A stretch of 63,755 bases of DNA, counting the filler, from an uncultured bacterium (GTDB taxonomy: Bacteria; Hinthialibacterota; Hinthialibacteria; Hinthialibacterales; Hinthialibacteraceae): assembly GCA_964449065.1 (NCBI GenBank). It is 3 parts of 3 records of this genome, joined end to end, with 100 filler letters (N's around TTAATTAATTAA, not from the genome) between each part and the next. Parts side by side here need not be neighbours in the genome. Positions count along the whole stretch, not along the records: positions 1 to 21,829 come from CAYVAZ010000044.1; 2 more parts are not named here. One strand, 5' to 3'. The notes beneath the pieces were generated by a model. That model saw only the letters and a list, made by a program, of their open reading frames with translations. It searched no databases and was not told the origin of the DNA. This document shows, in pieces, positions 1 through 9,148 of the stretch; within the stretch, counting starts at the first letter, position 1; each line of letters opens with the position of its first letter. The position numbers were made by a program, and so were the translations under genes.

Positions 1-147
1 TTTTTCAAAAAAACGAATATGTGAGCCGGCCCGGCCTCCCGCGCCGATAAAGGCAACATTAAGTTTATCGTTAGCGGATTGTCCCGGTTTGGCAATCGCA
101 AAGGCGGTAATGGCTGAGGCGGTTTGTAAAAAGTGGCGGCGTTTCAT
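1..147 (-). CDS. N-terminal part of a Tat-exported Gfo/Idh/MocA-family oxidoreductase (runs off window edge)
   Basis: My translation from ATG at 147: MKRRHFLQTASAITAFAIAKPGQSANDKLNVAFIGAGGR. Twin-arginine motif followed by the Rossmann start; GGAGG RBS upstream. Confidence 0.75.
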   Translation of the reverse strand, partial: MKRRHFLQTASAITAFAIAKPGQSANDKLNVAFIGAGGRAGSHIRFFEK

Positions 148-285
148 GAAATTTCCTCCCAATGGATTTAAAAGATTTCTTATTGTAAAGCAAAACACGG
201 CGAAATCGAATCGCTAGAAAACCAGCCGGATTTGTTTCATACTATAATGGAATTTAAAAAACACGTTTTTGAGAGATGAAAAAAG

Positions 286-1407
286 ATGATGATGCTCAAA
301 AGAATTTTAGTATGCACAGTTTTTATCGCGGCTTGTTTTCAAACTATCGCGCGGGAGATTACCCAAACCCCCATCTTCATCAGCGGAGAGGGCGGCTATC
401 ACACCTACCGCATCCCCGCGTTGATTGTGGCGCCGGATGGCAGCGTGCTGGCCTTTTGCGAGGGACGTAAAGGCAGCCGCTCGGATAGCGGCAATATCGA
501 CCTGCTGCTCAAGCGGTCGGAAGACAACGGCAAAACATGGAGCGATACCATCGTGGTGTGGGATGAAGGGAAAAATACCTGCGGGAATCCCTGCCCCGTA
601 ATCGATCAATCCACCGGAACGATATGGCTGCTGATGACCCACAATTTGGGGCACGATCATGAAGGGAAAATTGTATCCGGCACCGGCGAAGGGACGCGAA
701 CGGTTTGGGTATGCTCCAGCGGTGACAACGGAAAGACTTGGTCGGAACCAAGAGAAATCACATCAACCACCAAGAAGGATACCTGGAGCTGGTACGCGAC
801 CGGGCCGGGTGTAGGGATACAGCTGAAGCATGAGCCTTATCAAGGGCGAATGGTCATTCCCTGTGATCACAAAACACTGGGCGGTGAAGTTGGATACTAC
901 TCGCATGTGATTTATTCAGATGACAATGGTGAGACATGGCAGTTGGGCGGCGTGACGGAAGACGGCGTGAATGAATGCCAGGTGATCGAGCGTACGGACG
1001 GTTCATTGCTGCTGAACATGCGGCGGTCACGAAATAACCCGGCGAAACACCGGGCCATTAGTGAGAGCAAAGATGGCGGTGAGACTTGGTCTCCACTGGC
1101 TTATGACAAAACGCTGGTCGCCCCGCGGTGCCAAGCCAGTTTGATTCGCATGTATGACTCGACCAACTTAGAAAAACCGTACGTGCTGTTTTCCAACCCC
1201 GCCGCGGATACGCGTGTCAACATGACGGTGCGCTTAAGCAAAGATGACGGCAAAACGTGGGATCAATCGCTTACGCTGCATGAGGGACCGTCGGCGTATT
1301 CTTGCCTGACGGTGCTGCAAGATGGTACGCAGGCCTGTTTGTATGAGCGGGGAGAGGATTCACCCTATGAAACAATTACGTTTGCGGTTTTCACTTTACT
1401 GCAATAA
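286..1407 (+). CDS. Exo-alpha-sialidase (GH33), secreted
   Basis: YRIP motif, five Asp-boxes ([40 protein letters not shown]), C-terminal SAYS...LYE, signal peptide. Confidence 0.92.
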   Translation: MMMLKRILVCTVFIAACFQTIAREITQTPIFISGEGGYHTYRIPALIVAPDGSVLAFCEGRKGSRSDSGNIDLLLKRSEDNGKTWSDTIVVWDEGKNTCGNPCPVIDQSTGTIWLLMTHNLGHDHEGKIVSGTGEGTRTVWVCSSGDNGKTWSEPREITSTTKKDTWSWYATGPGVGIQLKHEPYQGRMVIPCDHKTLGGEVGYYSHVIYSDDNGETWQLGGVTEDGVNECQVIERTDGSLLLNMRRSRNNPAKHRAISESKDGGETWSPLAYDKTLVAPRCQASLIRMYDSTNLEKPYVLFSNPAADTRVNMTVRLSKDDGKTWDQSLTLHEGPSAYSCLTVLQDGTQACLYERGEDSPYETITFAVFTLLQ

Positions 1408-1475
1408 AACTACTGCAATAAAACCGCTGGTAATTTATAGCGAAACGATTACGATATTTTTTCCGTTGGAGGAAA

Positions 1476-3086
1476 GTGATTATGGATAGACGAAATTTCT
1501 TAAGAACATCATTATCAGCATCGGCTTTGTACTCGGCAGGAGCATTGGGGAATGTTGCGCAAGCCGCTTCACATGCAGGCAGCAAGAAGAAACCCAACAT
1601 TGTTTTTATCTTAGCCGATGATTTGGGCATCAAGGATTTAAGCAATGAAGGCTCGACCTATTACGAAAGCCCCAACATCGACCGTCTCGCCAACATGGGG
1701 ATGAAATTCACCCGTGGCTATGCCACCTGCCAGGTTTGCAGCCCCTCACGGGCATCGGTGTTGACCGGAAAGTATCCCGTCAATCATGGCATTACAACTT
1801 GGATCGGCGACCGTTCGGGTGAAGCGTGGCGCAACACCAACCGCCACGACAGCCACCTGCCTCCAAAATACGACCGCGCGCTGCGGGCTTCGGAATATAC
1901 CCTGGCGGAAGTGCTGCGGGATCACGGCTACAAAACCTTCTATGCCGGAAAATGGCATTTGGGCGGCAAAGGCTCTTGGCCGGAAGACCACGGCTTTGAT
2001 ATCAACAAAGGCGGTTGGGATGTCGGCAGCCCGCGCGGGGGATTCTTCGCGCCGTGGGAAAATCCAAACCTGGAAAGCGGACCGGATGGCGAATCGTTAA
2101 CCCTTCGCCTCGGACAGGAAACCGCCGGCTTTATTGAAGATTACAAAGACCAACCCTTCTTGGCATATCTTTCGTTCTATACGGTGCACGCGCCGATCCA
2201 AACTTCACCGGAATTGTGGGAGAAATACCGCGATAAAGCCGAAGAAGCTGGGCTGGCTGATGAACGGTTTAAATTTGACCGCAAACTGGCGGTGCGTCAG
2301 GTACAGGATAACCCAATCTATGCGGGTATGGTCGAAACCATGGACGATGCCGTGGGTATGGTGCTGGATAAGTTGGAAGAACACGGCCTGATGGACAACA
2401 CAATCATATGTTTCACTTCGGATAACGGCGGCGTTTCATCCGGCGACGCGTTCCCCACCAGCAACCTTCCCTACCGCGGCGGCAAAGGGCGCCAGTGGGA
2501 AGGCGGCATTCTCGAACCGTTTTATATTTACGCGCCGGGCGTGACGGAACCGGGCTCGGTAACGGATGTTCCGGCGAACGGTATCGATTGGTACCCAACC
2601 CTGCTGAATTTAGCGGGGATTGATGTGCCGGAGAAGCAGGCGGTTGACGGAGTGAGTTTGGTTCCGGTGCTCAAAGGCGGCTCCATACCGGAACGGTCGT
2701 TGTTTTGGCACTATCCCCATTACGGCAACCAAGGCGGCGACCCGTCTTCCATCATTATGGAAGACCAGTGGAAACTGATTTATTACCACGAAGACGGACA
2801 CGTTGAACTCTACAATATCGAAGAAGACATCGGCGAGCAGAATGACGTGAGCAATAAGCACCCGGAACGGACCAGGGCGATGTTCTCAAGATTGCTGGAG
2901 TGGCTGGAATCCACCCCGGCCAAGTTTCCGAAAAAGGATCCATTCCACGATCCGGCAAAACAGCAAGCCTTTTTAGAAAAACAGCGCACCACCAACATGG
3001 CGCGGCTGGAAGAACGCCATGCGGAATATTTGGAAAAAGTTTTTCAGCCGAATGAAGATTGGTGGGGAAGCGTCCCGGTGGATTGA
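1476..3086 (+). CDS. Formylglycine-dependent sulfatase, Tat-exported
   Basis: RRNFL Tat motif; PNIVFILADDLG, CSPSR, GKWHLG, SDNGG sulfatase motifs. Confidence 0.95.
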   Translation: MIMDRRNFLRTSLSASALYSAGALGNVAQAASHAGSKKKPNIVFILADDLGIKDLSNEGSTYYESPNIDRLANMGMKFTRGYATCQVCSPSRASVLTGKYPVNHGITTWIGDRSGEAWRNTNRHDSHLPPKYDRALRASEYTLAEVLRDHGYKTFYAGKWHLGGKGSWPEDHGFDINKGGWDVGSPRGGFFAPWENPNLESGPDGESLTLRLGQETAGFIEDYKDQPFLAYLSFYTVHAPIQTSPELWEKYRDKAEEAGLADERFKFDRKLAVRQVQDNPIYAGMVETMDDAVGMVLDKLEEHGLMDNTIICFTSDNGGVSSGDAFPTSNLPYRGGKGRQWEGGILEPFYIYAPGVTEPGSVTDVPANGIDWYPTLLNLAGIDVPEKQAVDGVSLVPVLKGGSIPERSLFWHYPHYGNQGGDPSSIIMEDQWKLIYYHEDGHVELYNIEEDIGEQNDVSNKHPERTRAMFSRLLEWLESTPAKFPKKDPFHDPAKQQAFLEKQRTTNMARLEERHAEYLEKVFQPNEDWWGSVPVD

Positions 3087-3091
3087 TTTTT

Positions 3092-3296
3092 TAGAGCATC
3101 TCAGAGTTGGATAGACAGAATTCGCCGCTATCTCCCCGAAAACCTGTCAACCATGTCCCCGAACCATACAGCCCACCGGGAGAGCGATGGGGTGAGGGTT
3201 ATGGAGACAATGCCCTCTACGGACACGGCTGCGTCATAGGGAACAATCGCTCTCTCGTCCTCATCTCTCATCTTCTCCCAAAGGAATAAGACGAGA
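3092..3296. repeat. Composite REP/MITE-like repeat: TAGAGCA-type end plus a ~125-bp palindromic unit also at 46357-46482
   Basis: 3092 TAGAGCATCTCAGAGTTGGATAG resembles the reverse complement of the element end at 53090-53112. 3171-3293 (GCCCACCGGGAGAG..GGGTGAGGG..CTTCTCCCAAAGG) aligns by eye with 46357-46481. Confidence 0.7.
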
Positions 3297-3358
3297 GACC
3301 TCGCGTTTGACTGATACCAAACAGCAAAAAGAAAGTGAGTGGTTCCCTCTTTTCGTTT

Positions 3359-3417
3359 GTAGGGGTAACCCCCAGTGGTTACCCCACAGCAGGGCAGCCA
3401 CGGGGGCATACCCTACA
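3359..3417. repeat. GTAG-type REP-like palindrome
   Basis: GTAGGGGTAACCCCCAGTGGTTACCCC...GGGCAGCCACGGGGGCATACCCTAC; partial relatives near 38115, 39647 and 40061. Confidence 0.6.
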
Positions 3418-3501
3418 ATCGTATGGCAATTTATCAATACCATTTTCACTACAATTTGGCAATTTGAAGTGTATCCTAATCCCTAATCCCTACCCTAATT
3501 T

Positions 3502-5277
3502 TCAATCCGGTTTGGGAAGATGAATGTGGAAGGTGGTGCCTTCACCCAATTCGCTCTCCACATCCACATAGCCGTTGTGGGCTTGGGTGATGTGTTTCAC
3601 GATGGCCAGTCCTAAACCGGTGCCCCCCATCTTTCGGCTGCGGGCTTTGTCGACTCGGTAAAAGCGCTCAAAGAGCCGGGGCAGGTGCTCTTTGGAAATT
3701 CCGCAGCCGTTGTCTTGCACACTAATCACGGTTTCAAACTCATTTTCCGAAACAACTATTTTAATACTAGAATCCGGATCGCTGTATTTGACGGCATTGT
3801 CGATTAAGTTGACCAAAGCCTGTTCCAGCAGCGGTTCGTTGATTTCCGCCATGATGCCGTCTTTAAAGTTAGAGATAAAGCGGATATTTTTATCTTCCAA
3901 CTTGGTCATACAGTTTTCCATCGCGTTTTTGATGGTTTTCGAAACATCCGCTTTCGAGAGTGGAATGCTGCCCTGTTGTTCGTCCTGTTCGATGCGTGAC
4001 AGACTAAGCAAATCTTCAATAATTGCGTGCAGGCGGTCGGCTTGTTTGTTGATGATGTTCAAGAAACGTTCGGCATCTTTCGGGTCGTTGACTGCCCCGT
4101 CCAGCAGGGTTTCCACAAAACCTTTAATGGAAGTGATGGGGGTTTTTAATTCGTGGGAAACATTGCCGACAAATTCCTGCCGGACGCTTTCCAAGCGGCG
4201 AATGCGGGTCACATCATGCATCACAATGACGGAGCCGGTTAATTTGCCTTCGCTGTCGCGCAGGGCGGAACTTTGCGCCTGCACATAGCGGACGTTAAAG
4301 GTATCCAGTTCAATTTCCTGCTCGATGGGTTTGGTGGAACTGAGCGCTTCATTAATAAATTCATTGAAGGCGGGGTTGTCTAAGTGTTGCAGTAAGTTTT
4401 TTCCCTCAACTTCCGTCCCGTTGAGCCCCAGCCACCGGGCAGCCGCTTGGTTGATGCTGATGACTTCTTTGTTTTTGTTGACCGCCACGACCCCTTCGAC
4501 CATGCTGGTTAAAATGGCTTCGTGCTGGCTGCGGTTTTCAATTTCTTTAAGAATGCGGTCATTGAGTTGCGCGGCCATGTTGTTCATGGCGCCGGCGAGC
4601 GATTCAAATTCTTTGGACCCTTGTTCCGGGATCATGTCATTCAGTTCGCCTTTGGCGAAGCGGGCGGCGCCTTGATGCAGCTTTTTCATGGGATAGCTGA
4701 TTTCATGCGAAAAATACAAACTGATGATGATGGCGAGCAGCGCGATCACTACCCCTCCCAACCCAATTTGAAAATAGATGGATTCCAACCGGACATTGAT
4801 AGCCGAAGCCGGATAAGAAGCTCGAATAACGCCCACAATTTCGTCTCCCTGTCGAAATGGAATCGCTACATACTTCATTTCTTGCTTGACTGTATTGCTA
4901 TACCGGTTGCTTTCTCCCACCTTTCCCTGCAGGGCTTCTTGAATTTCCAGGCTGTTTGCATGATTTTCTGTACCGGATGATGAATCTTTCGATTCGCCAA
5001 TTATTTTTCCATCCGGCAAAATGATGGTTAGGCGCGTCCCGAAAATAGCTGACAAGTCCCTGCACAATGCATCCAAATCGGCCTGTTCCAAAGAGAGGTT
5101 TTCTTGGTGAATGGTTTTGGCGAGGATTTTGGCGGTGTCTTCTAAATCTTTTTTAACAAAATCCAATAACGAGTGGCGAATGTAATTGGATGCATACCAA
5201 GAGGCGGCGAGCAGGGAGATCCCTATAATCAATAAATACGAATAGAACAACTGCCAATGAAGTTTAATTTTAAACAT
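3502..5277 (-). CDS. phoR: PhoR-like sensor histidine kinase (TM-sensor-HAMP-PAS-HisKA-HATPase)
   Basis: EFVGNVSHELKTP H-box, NLIDNAVKY, FERFYRVDKARSRKMGGTGLGLAIVKH; downstream of a PhoB-like regulator. Confidence 0.85.
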   Translation of the reverse strand: MFKIKLHWQLFYSYLLIIGISLLAASWYASNYIRHSLLDFVKKDLEDTAKILAKTIHQENLSLEQADLDALCRDLSAIFGTRLTIILPDGKIIGESKDSSSGTENHANSLEIQEALQGKVGESNRYSNTVKQEMKYVAIPFRQGDEIVGVIRASYPASAINVRLESIYFQIGLGGVVIALLAIIISLYFSHEISYPMKKLHQGAARFAKGELNDMIPEQGSKEFESLAGAMNNMAAQLNDRILKEIENRSQHEAILTSMVEGVVAVNKNKEVISINQAAARWLGLNGTEVEGKNLLQHLDNPAFNEFINEALSSTKPIEQEIELDTFNVRYVQAQSSALRDSEGKLTGSVIVMHDVTRIRRLESVRQEFVGNVSHELKTPITSIKGFVETLLDGAVNDPKDAERFLNIINKQADRLHAIIEDLLSLSRIEQDEQQGSIPLSKADVSKTIKNAMENCMTKLEDKNIRFISNFKDGIMAEINEPLLEQALVNLIDNAVKYSDPDSSIKIVVSENEFETVISVQDNGCGISKEHLPRLFERFYRVDKARSRKMGGTGLGLAIVKHITQAHNGYVDVESELGEGTTFHIHLPKPD

Positions 5278-5343
5278 GCAAATACCCCGAAACCGGGAAG
5301 AGACTGTTTCTTCCTTTGGATACGAAATGTACAGCAGGAGGGG

Positions 5344-5455
5344 CTAGTACAGTGTCAACGTTTTATTGACGGGTGTCGATCCCCCCTAGCCCCCCTTAAC
5401 AAGGGGGGGAAACAACGGATAGCCAGCCGTCATTTTTAGATTGACACAATACTAG
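5344..5455. mobile_element. MITE family A (CTAG-bounded, imperfect TIRs, internal CCCCCTTAACAAGGGGG hairpin)
   Basis: Ends CTAGTACAGTGTCAA...TTGACACAATACTAG; near-identical inverted copy at 60686-60795. Confidence 0.8.
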
Positions 5456-5688
5456 TACATCAAGGCTGACATGATGGGTGAATGCTTACCCATCCCGCAT
5501 GAAAAGAGCGGGATCAGTCATTCAAAAGCGTTCCCGCAGTGTTATCCCCCCTTGCATAGGGGGGGGGAGCCGTAGGCTCCGGGGGATTTCGCGTTGTTGA
5601 AAGCGTGCTTCGATCCCCTCTACCCCCCTTAATCAAGGGGGGCAACAAAGGCGAGGCTACCATCAATTCATGTGTGACGCTGTACTAG
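5452..5688. mobile_element. MITE-like element B (CTAG-bounded, shares its left CTAG with element A)
   Basis: CTAGTAC...GTACTAG ends; internal parts recur at 16580-16752 and, inverted, at 26054-26185. Confidence 0.7.
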
Positions 5689-6371
5689 TCTTTAAAACGG
5701 TATCCTACACTACGGACCGTTTCAATATAATCTCCATATTCCCCCATTTTTTTGCGCAGGCTGACAATTTGCACATCGACGGACCGGTCGGTAACAGGGT
5801 AATCTTCGCCGCGAACCGCGTCAATGATTTGGCTTCGGGTAAACACCCAGCCCGGGCGTTGGATTAAAAAGTGCAGGATATGAAATTCCGTAAAGGTCAA
5901 ATTGACTGGCTGGTTTTTTATGAAGACTTGATGTTTACCGGGATGTATCTCCATTTCCCCGATCTTGAATGGAGCGTTTTCCGGATGTGCGGCTGGGATG
6001 GTTCTGCGCAAAACTGCCGAAACCCGTGCCAGCAAAATTTTGGGGCTGAAGGGCTTGGGAATGTAGTCATCCGCGCCCATTTCAAGCCCCTGAACGACAT
6101 CAGACTCTTCGCCTTTGGCGGTAAGCATGACGATAGGGATCAAACGGGTTTTGTCGTCTTGCTTAAGCGTCTTGCAGACATCAAAACCGCTGAGCCCAGG
6201 CAGCATTAAGTCTAACAATATCAAGTCGGGCGGAGACTTTCGCGCGAAGGCGATGGCGTCTTCGCCATTGGTGACGCTGCTGACTTGAAAGTTGCACTTC
6301 AGCAGGTTGTATTCAACCAGACTGATAATATCCTCTTCATCTTCTACGATTAAAATACTCTCACCAGGCAT
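5685..6371 (-). CDS. phoB: PhoB/OmpR-family response regulator
   Basis: ILIVEDE, LLDLMLPG, DDYIPKPFS, winged-helix DRSVDVQIVSLRKK...IETVRSVGY. Confidence 0.85.
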   Translation of the reverse strand: MPGESILIVEDEEDIISLVEYNLLKCNFQVSSVTNGEDAIAFARKSPPDLILLDLMLPGLSGFDVCKTLKQDDKTRLIPIVMLTAKGEESDVVQGLEMGADDYIPKPFSPKILLARVSAVLRRTIPAAHPENAPFKIGEMEIHPGKHQVFIKNQPVNLTFTEFHILHFLIQRPGWVFTRSQIIDAVRGEDYPVTDRSVDVQIVSLRKKMGEYGDYIETVRSVGYRFKD

Positions 6372-6559
6372 AATACCCCCTCCGTTATGAGTATAACTAT
6401 GGTTTAGGACTTGTTATGATGATTTAACAGTGTTAGGAAATGATTAGGAAGAAGTTTTAAGTTGGTTATGGAGAAAAGTAGTTGATTGACGCATCCCGTT
6501 AATTGTTATATCTTGTATCCACAACAGATTTTTCATCATTCATATTATTTCTTGCAAGG

Positions 6560-6794
6560 TTCCACGCGTCACATCGGATGGAAAGTATGTTCTATTCTCT
6601 AATGCTGTATATGAATACGGGTTTCTACAATCATCAGTCCTCTATCTCATGACCCGCGACGTAACCACTTCACACGTTGATGCTTGGGACGCGATGGAAT
6701 GAGGTGTAGGATTTATGAAGCATGACGGCATGATTGCTGCACACAAAACTCATCGGATCAAACGCAATGCGGATTCTCCGGTTGAGGGCGGCGG
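6560..6794 (+). repeat. Direct repeat copy 1: duplicate of the 3' end and downstream flank of the gene at 6798-8180
   Basis: 235 bp matching 8038-8272 except at three positions (6600/8078, 6609/8087, 6645/8123). Confidence 0.95.
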
Positions 6795-6797
6795 GAG

Positions 6798-8180
6798 GTG
6801 AAAATGTTTTATAAAATTTTATTTGCGCTACTATTAACAAATCAAGCATTTAGTCAAGAAATCAGTCCAATCTCTATCGATAGAAATGGTGAAGAAACAA
6901 GCGTAGAATTTATCTATCATCTCTCAGAGGATGGCAGATATTTTGTATTTTCTTCCAATTCAAACAATATTGTTGATGGGGATTCAAACCGTATCAACAG
7001 AGGTCCATTCGAGCGGGGTCCTGCTGAGGATGTGTTCTTGTTAGACCGTGAAACGAATGAATATCAACGTGTATCATTAACCCATGATGGCAGACAGATT
7101 GAAGATGGAGAAAGCATACTATTATCTGCCAGCAATAATCTTAATCGTCTATTGTATTACTCCGTTGGCATTTCTCAATTTCCCGGTGATACCCGTATAG
7201 CCGATTGGGATCCAGATTTTGATCTTTATATATATGATGATACCTCTAAACAAACAACGTGGCTTACTACTTCGCCAGACGGTAAAGAAGCGGATTTTGA
7301 GACGTCAATTGGTGATGTAAGTGGAAATGGAAGATATGCTGTTGTGTATACTTTATCTTCTAATTTGCTTAGAGATACAGTGCCTAATGACAGTGCAAAC
7401 CAATTCATTCTTTTTGATACCGAAACCAATGACCGTGAGTTGATTTCGCAAAGTGTCGATGGAATACAACAAAATGCCTCACACAATAGAAATAGATTTA
7501 GATCAGCCGTTAATTTTGATGGTAATTATATTGCTTTTTACAGTTATGCAACCAATCTAACCAATGAAGGTATTGGCGGCTTATTTTTATGGAACAGAGA
7601 AACTCAAACCACAGAATTAATATCACGTGATCCTGATGGTAATCCAATCGAATTTGAAGAATTCTTTGAACCGGATGATCTTGATATCAGTGATGATGGG
7701 CGGTATCTTTTCTTTGTTTCAAGTTCCAATCAGCACGTAACGAATGACCCGCATCCGGATGAAAGAAGGGGCTCGGATGGTTTTATTTATGATCGTGTTA
7801 CAAAAGAAACCAAAGTGGTACCTTTAGGAGAATATGACTCACCGGAAAGATTAAGAGGCGCATCAAATGGAAGCATCAGCGCCAATGGCAGATTTGTTGT
7901 TTTTGTAACAAGAGTGAATAATGGTGATGCTGTTTTCCCTGAATTATTTTTATATGACCAACAAACAGACTCTGTCGAATTGCTGTTATTGCAAGACTCC
8001 AACCATCCGTTATTTCATGCCCTGAATATTTATGGTATTCCACGCGTCACATCGGATGGAAAGTATGTTCTATTCTCAAATGCTGTTTATGAATACGGGT
8101 TTCTACAATCATCAGTCCTCTACCTCATGACCCGCGACGTAACCACTTCACACGTTGATGCTTGGGACGCGATGGAATGA
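6798..8180 (+). CDS. Secreted TolB/PD40-like beta-propeller repeat protein
   Basis: Signal peptide; repeated S-x-[DN]-G-R-[YF] blades (SEDGRYFVFSS, SGNGRYAVV, SDDGRYLFFVS, SANGRFVVFV, TSDGKYVLFS). GGAGG RBS favours ATG 6804. Visibly AT-rich. Confidence 0.8.
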   Translation: MKMFYKILFALLLTNQAFSQEISPISIDRNGEETSVEFIYHLSEDGRYFVFSSNSNNIVDGDSNRINRGPFERGPAEDVFLLDRETNEYQRVSLTHDGRQIEDGESILLSASNNLNRLLYYSVGISQFPGDTRIADWDPDFDLYIYDDTSKQTTWLTTSPDGKEADFETSIGDVSGNGRYAVVYTLSSNLLRDTVPNDSANQFILFDTETNDRELISQSVDGIQQNASHNRNRFRSAVNFDGNYIAFYSYATNLTNEGIGGLFLWNRETQTTELISRDPDGNPIEFEEFFEPDDLDISDDGRYLFFVSSSNQHVTNDPHPDERRGSDGFIYDRVTKETKVVPLGEYDSPERLRGASNGSISANGRFVVFVTRVNNGDAVFPELFLYDQQTDSVELLLLQDSNHPLFHALNIYGIPRVTSDGKYVLFSNAVYEYGFLQSSVLYLMTRDVTTSHVDAWDAME

Positions 8181-8272
8181 GGTGTAGGATTTATGAAGCA
8201 TGACGGCATGATTGCTGCACACAAAACTCATCGGATCAAACGCAATGCGGATTCTCCGGTTGAGGGCGGCGG
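8038..8272 (+). repeat. Direct repeat copy 2
   Basis: Matches 6560-6794 at an offset of 1478 bp. Confidence 0.95.
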
Positions 8273-8408
8273 ATTGCCTCTTGAAACCAGGAAAAGAATC
8301 CAATACGCCGTCTTCCGCACATAGACAGCAAAGTAATCAACGAATGAAGCGCTTGATGGAGATCAAAGATTTGATCGAAGCCCAACCGCAAAAATGGACT
8401 ACCCTACG

Positions 8409-9071
8409 CTACATCTTATCTAATTCTTCAAGAAGAACTTTGGCCGAATCCTCTATCTTAACCACTTTCACGGATTCGCCGTTTTTGAAGAGCATCCCTT
8501 TTTGGTCGCCCCACGCGATACCGATATCCGCGGCGCGCGCTTCTCCCGGGCCGTTCACCTCACAGCCCATCACGGCCACATCCAGCGGTTTGTTGATGCC
8601 TTGCAGTTTTTCTTCAATCGATTTTACCATCTCCGGAAAGTCGGTGCGGCAGCGCGCGCATGTCGGGCAGGATATTATCCGCAAGCCTTTGGCGCGCAGT
8701 TCCATCGAACGCAGCAAATCCGCGAACGATGCCAATATCATCCCCTGCGGTCCGTCATACGGCAAAATCACGAACAACTCGGTTCCTTGCCAGCGGTACA
8801 TAATCGGGGAAAGATACACAATCAGGCGTGGAATCTCTTTTTCAAAATTGCGTAAATCCAGCGTAATGCGGTTGGCGGTAACCGGGTCGTCACTCGCCAT
8901 ATAGGGAACAATATCATCAAACGATTTGATGCGCCATTCATTCACCGGCAATGAGAGCGGGTCGGGCATAGGTTCAAAACAATCGTAAAGCGTTTCAGAT
9001 ATTTCGTCTTTGTTGAACGCGGTGTTGTTGGGGTCTTCGGCAACATTCAGTTTTACGGCAAATGAAGACAT
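8409..9071 (-). CDS. IspG (GcpE)-like C-terminal [4Fe-4S] domain protein lacking the TIM barrel
   Basis: IISCPTCARC...VAVMGCEVNGPGEARAADIGIA is the IspG Fe-S signature; only 220 aa; own RBS (CAGGAG). Confidence 0.75.
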   Translation of the reverse strand: MSSFAVKLNVAEDPNNTAFNKDEISETLYDCFEPMPDPLSLPVNEWRIKSFDDIVPYMASDDPVTANRITLDLRNFEKEIPRLIVYLSPIMYRWQGTELFVILPYDGPQGMILASFADLLRSMELRAKGLRIISCPTCARCRTDFPEMVKSIEEKLQGINKPLDVAVMGCEVNGPGEARAADIGIAWGDQKGMLFKNGESVKVVKIEDSAKVLLEELDKM

Positions 9072-9148
9072 AGGTCGATCTCCTGCATAAAGTTCAAATA
9101 AAGTTTACCAATATTATTAGGGAATAAAAGTCTTTTTTGCATGATTCA

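Noticed and set aside
3475..3499. Short CCTAATC tandem repeat after phoR
   Set aside because: Only about three degenerate units; no support for a function.
5344..5688. Repeated palindromes as a CRISPR array
   Set aside because: No regularly spaced identical repeats with unique spacers and no cas genes; copies are dispersed.
6560..8272. Direct repeat as a DGR template/variable repeat pair or integron attC cassette
   Set aside because: Mismatches are not adenine-specific and are synonymous; no reverse transcriptase or integrase is present, and there is no convincing RYYYAAC...GTTRRRY pair.
8212..8904. 230-aa plus-strand ORF starting in the direct repeat
   Set aside because: Mostly antisense to the IspG-like gene, with no recognisable motifs.
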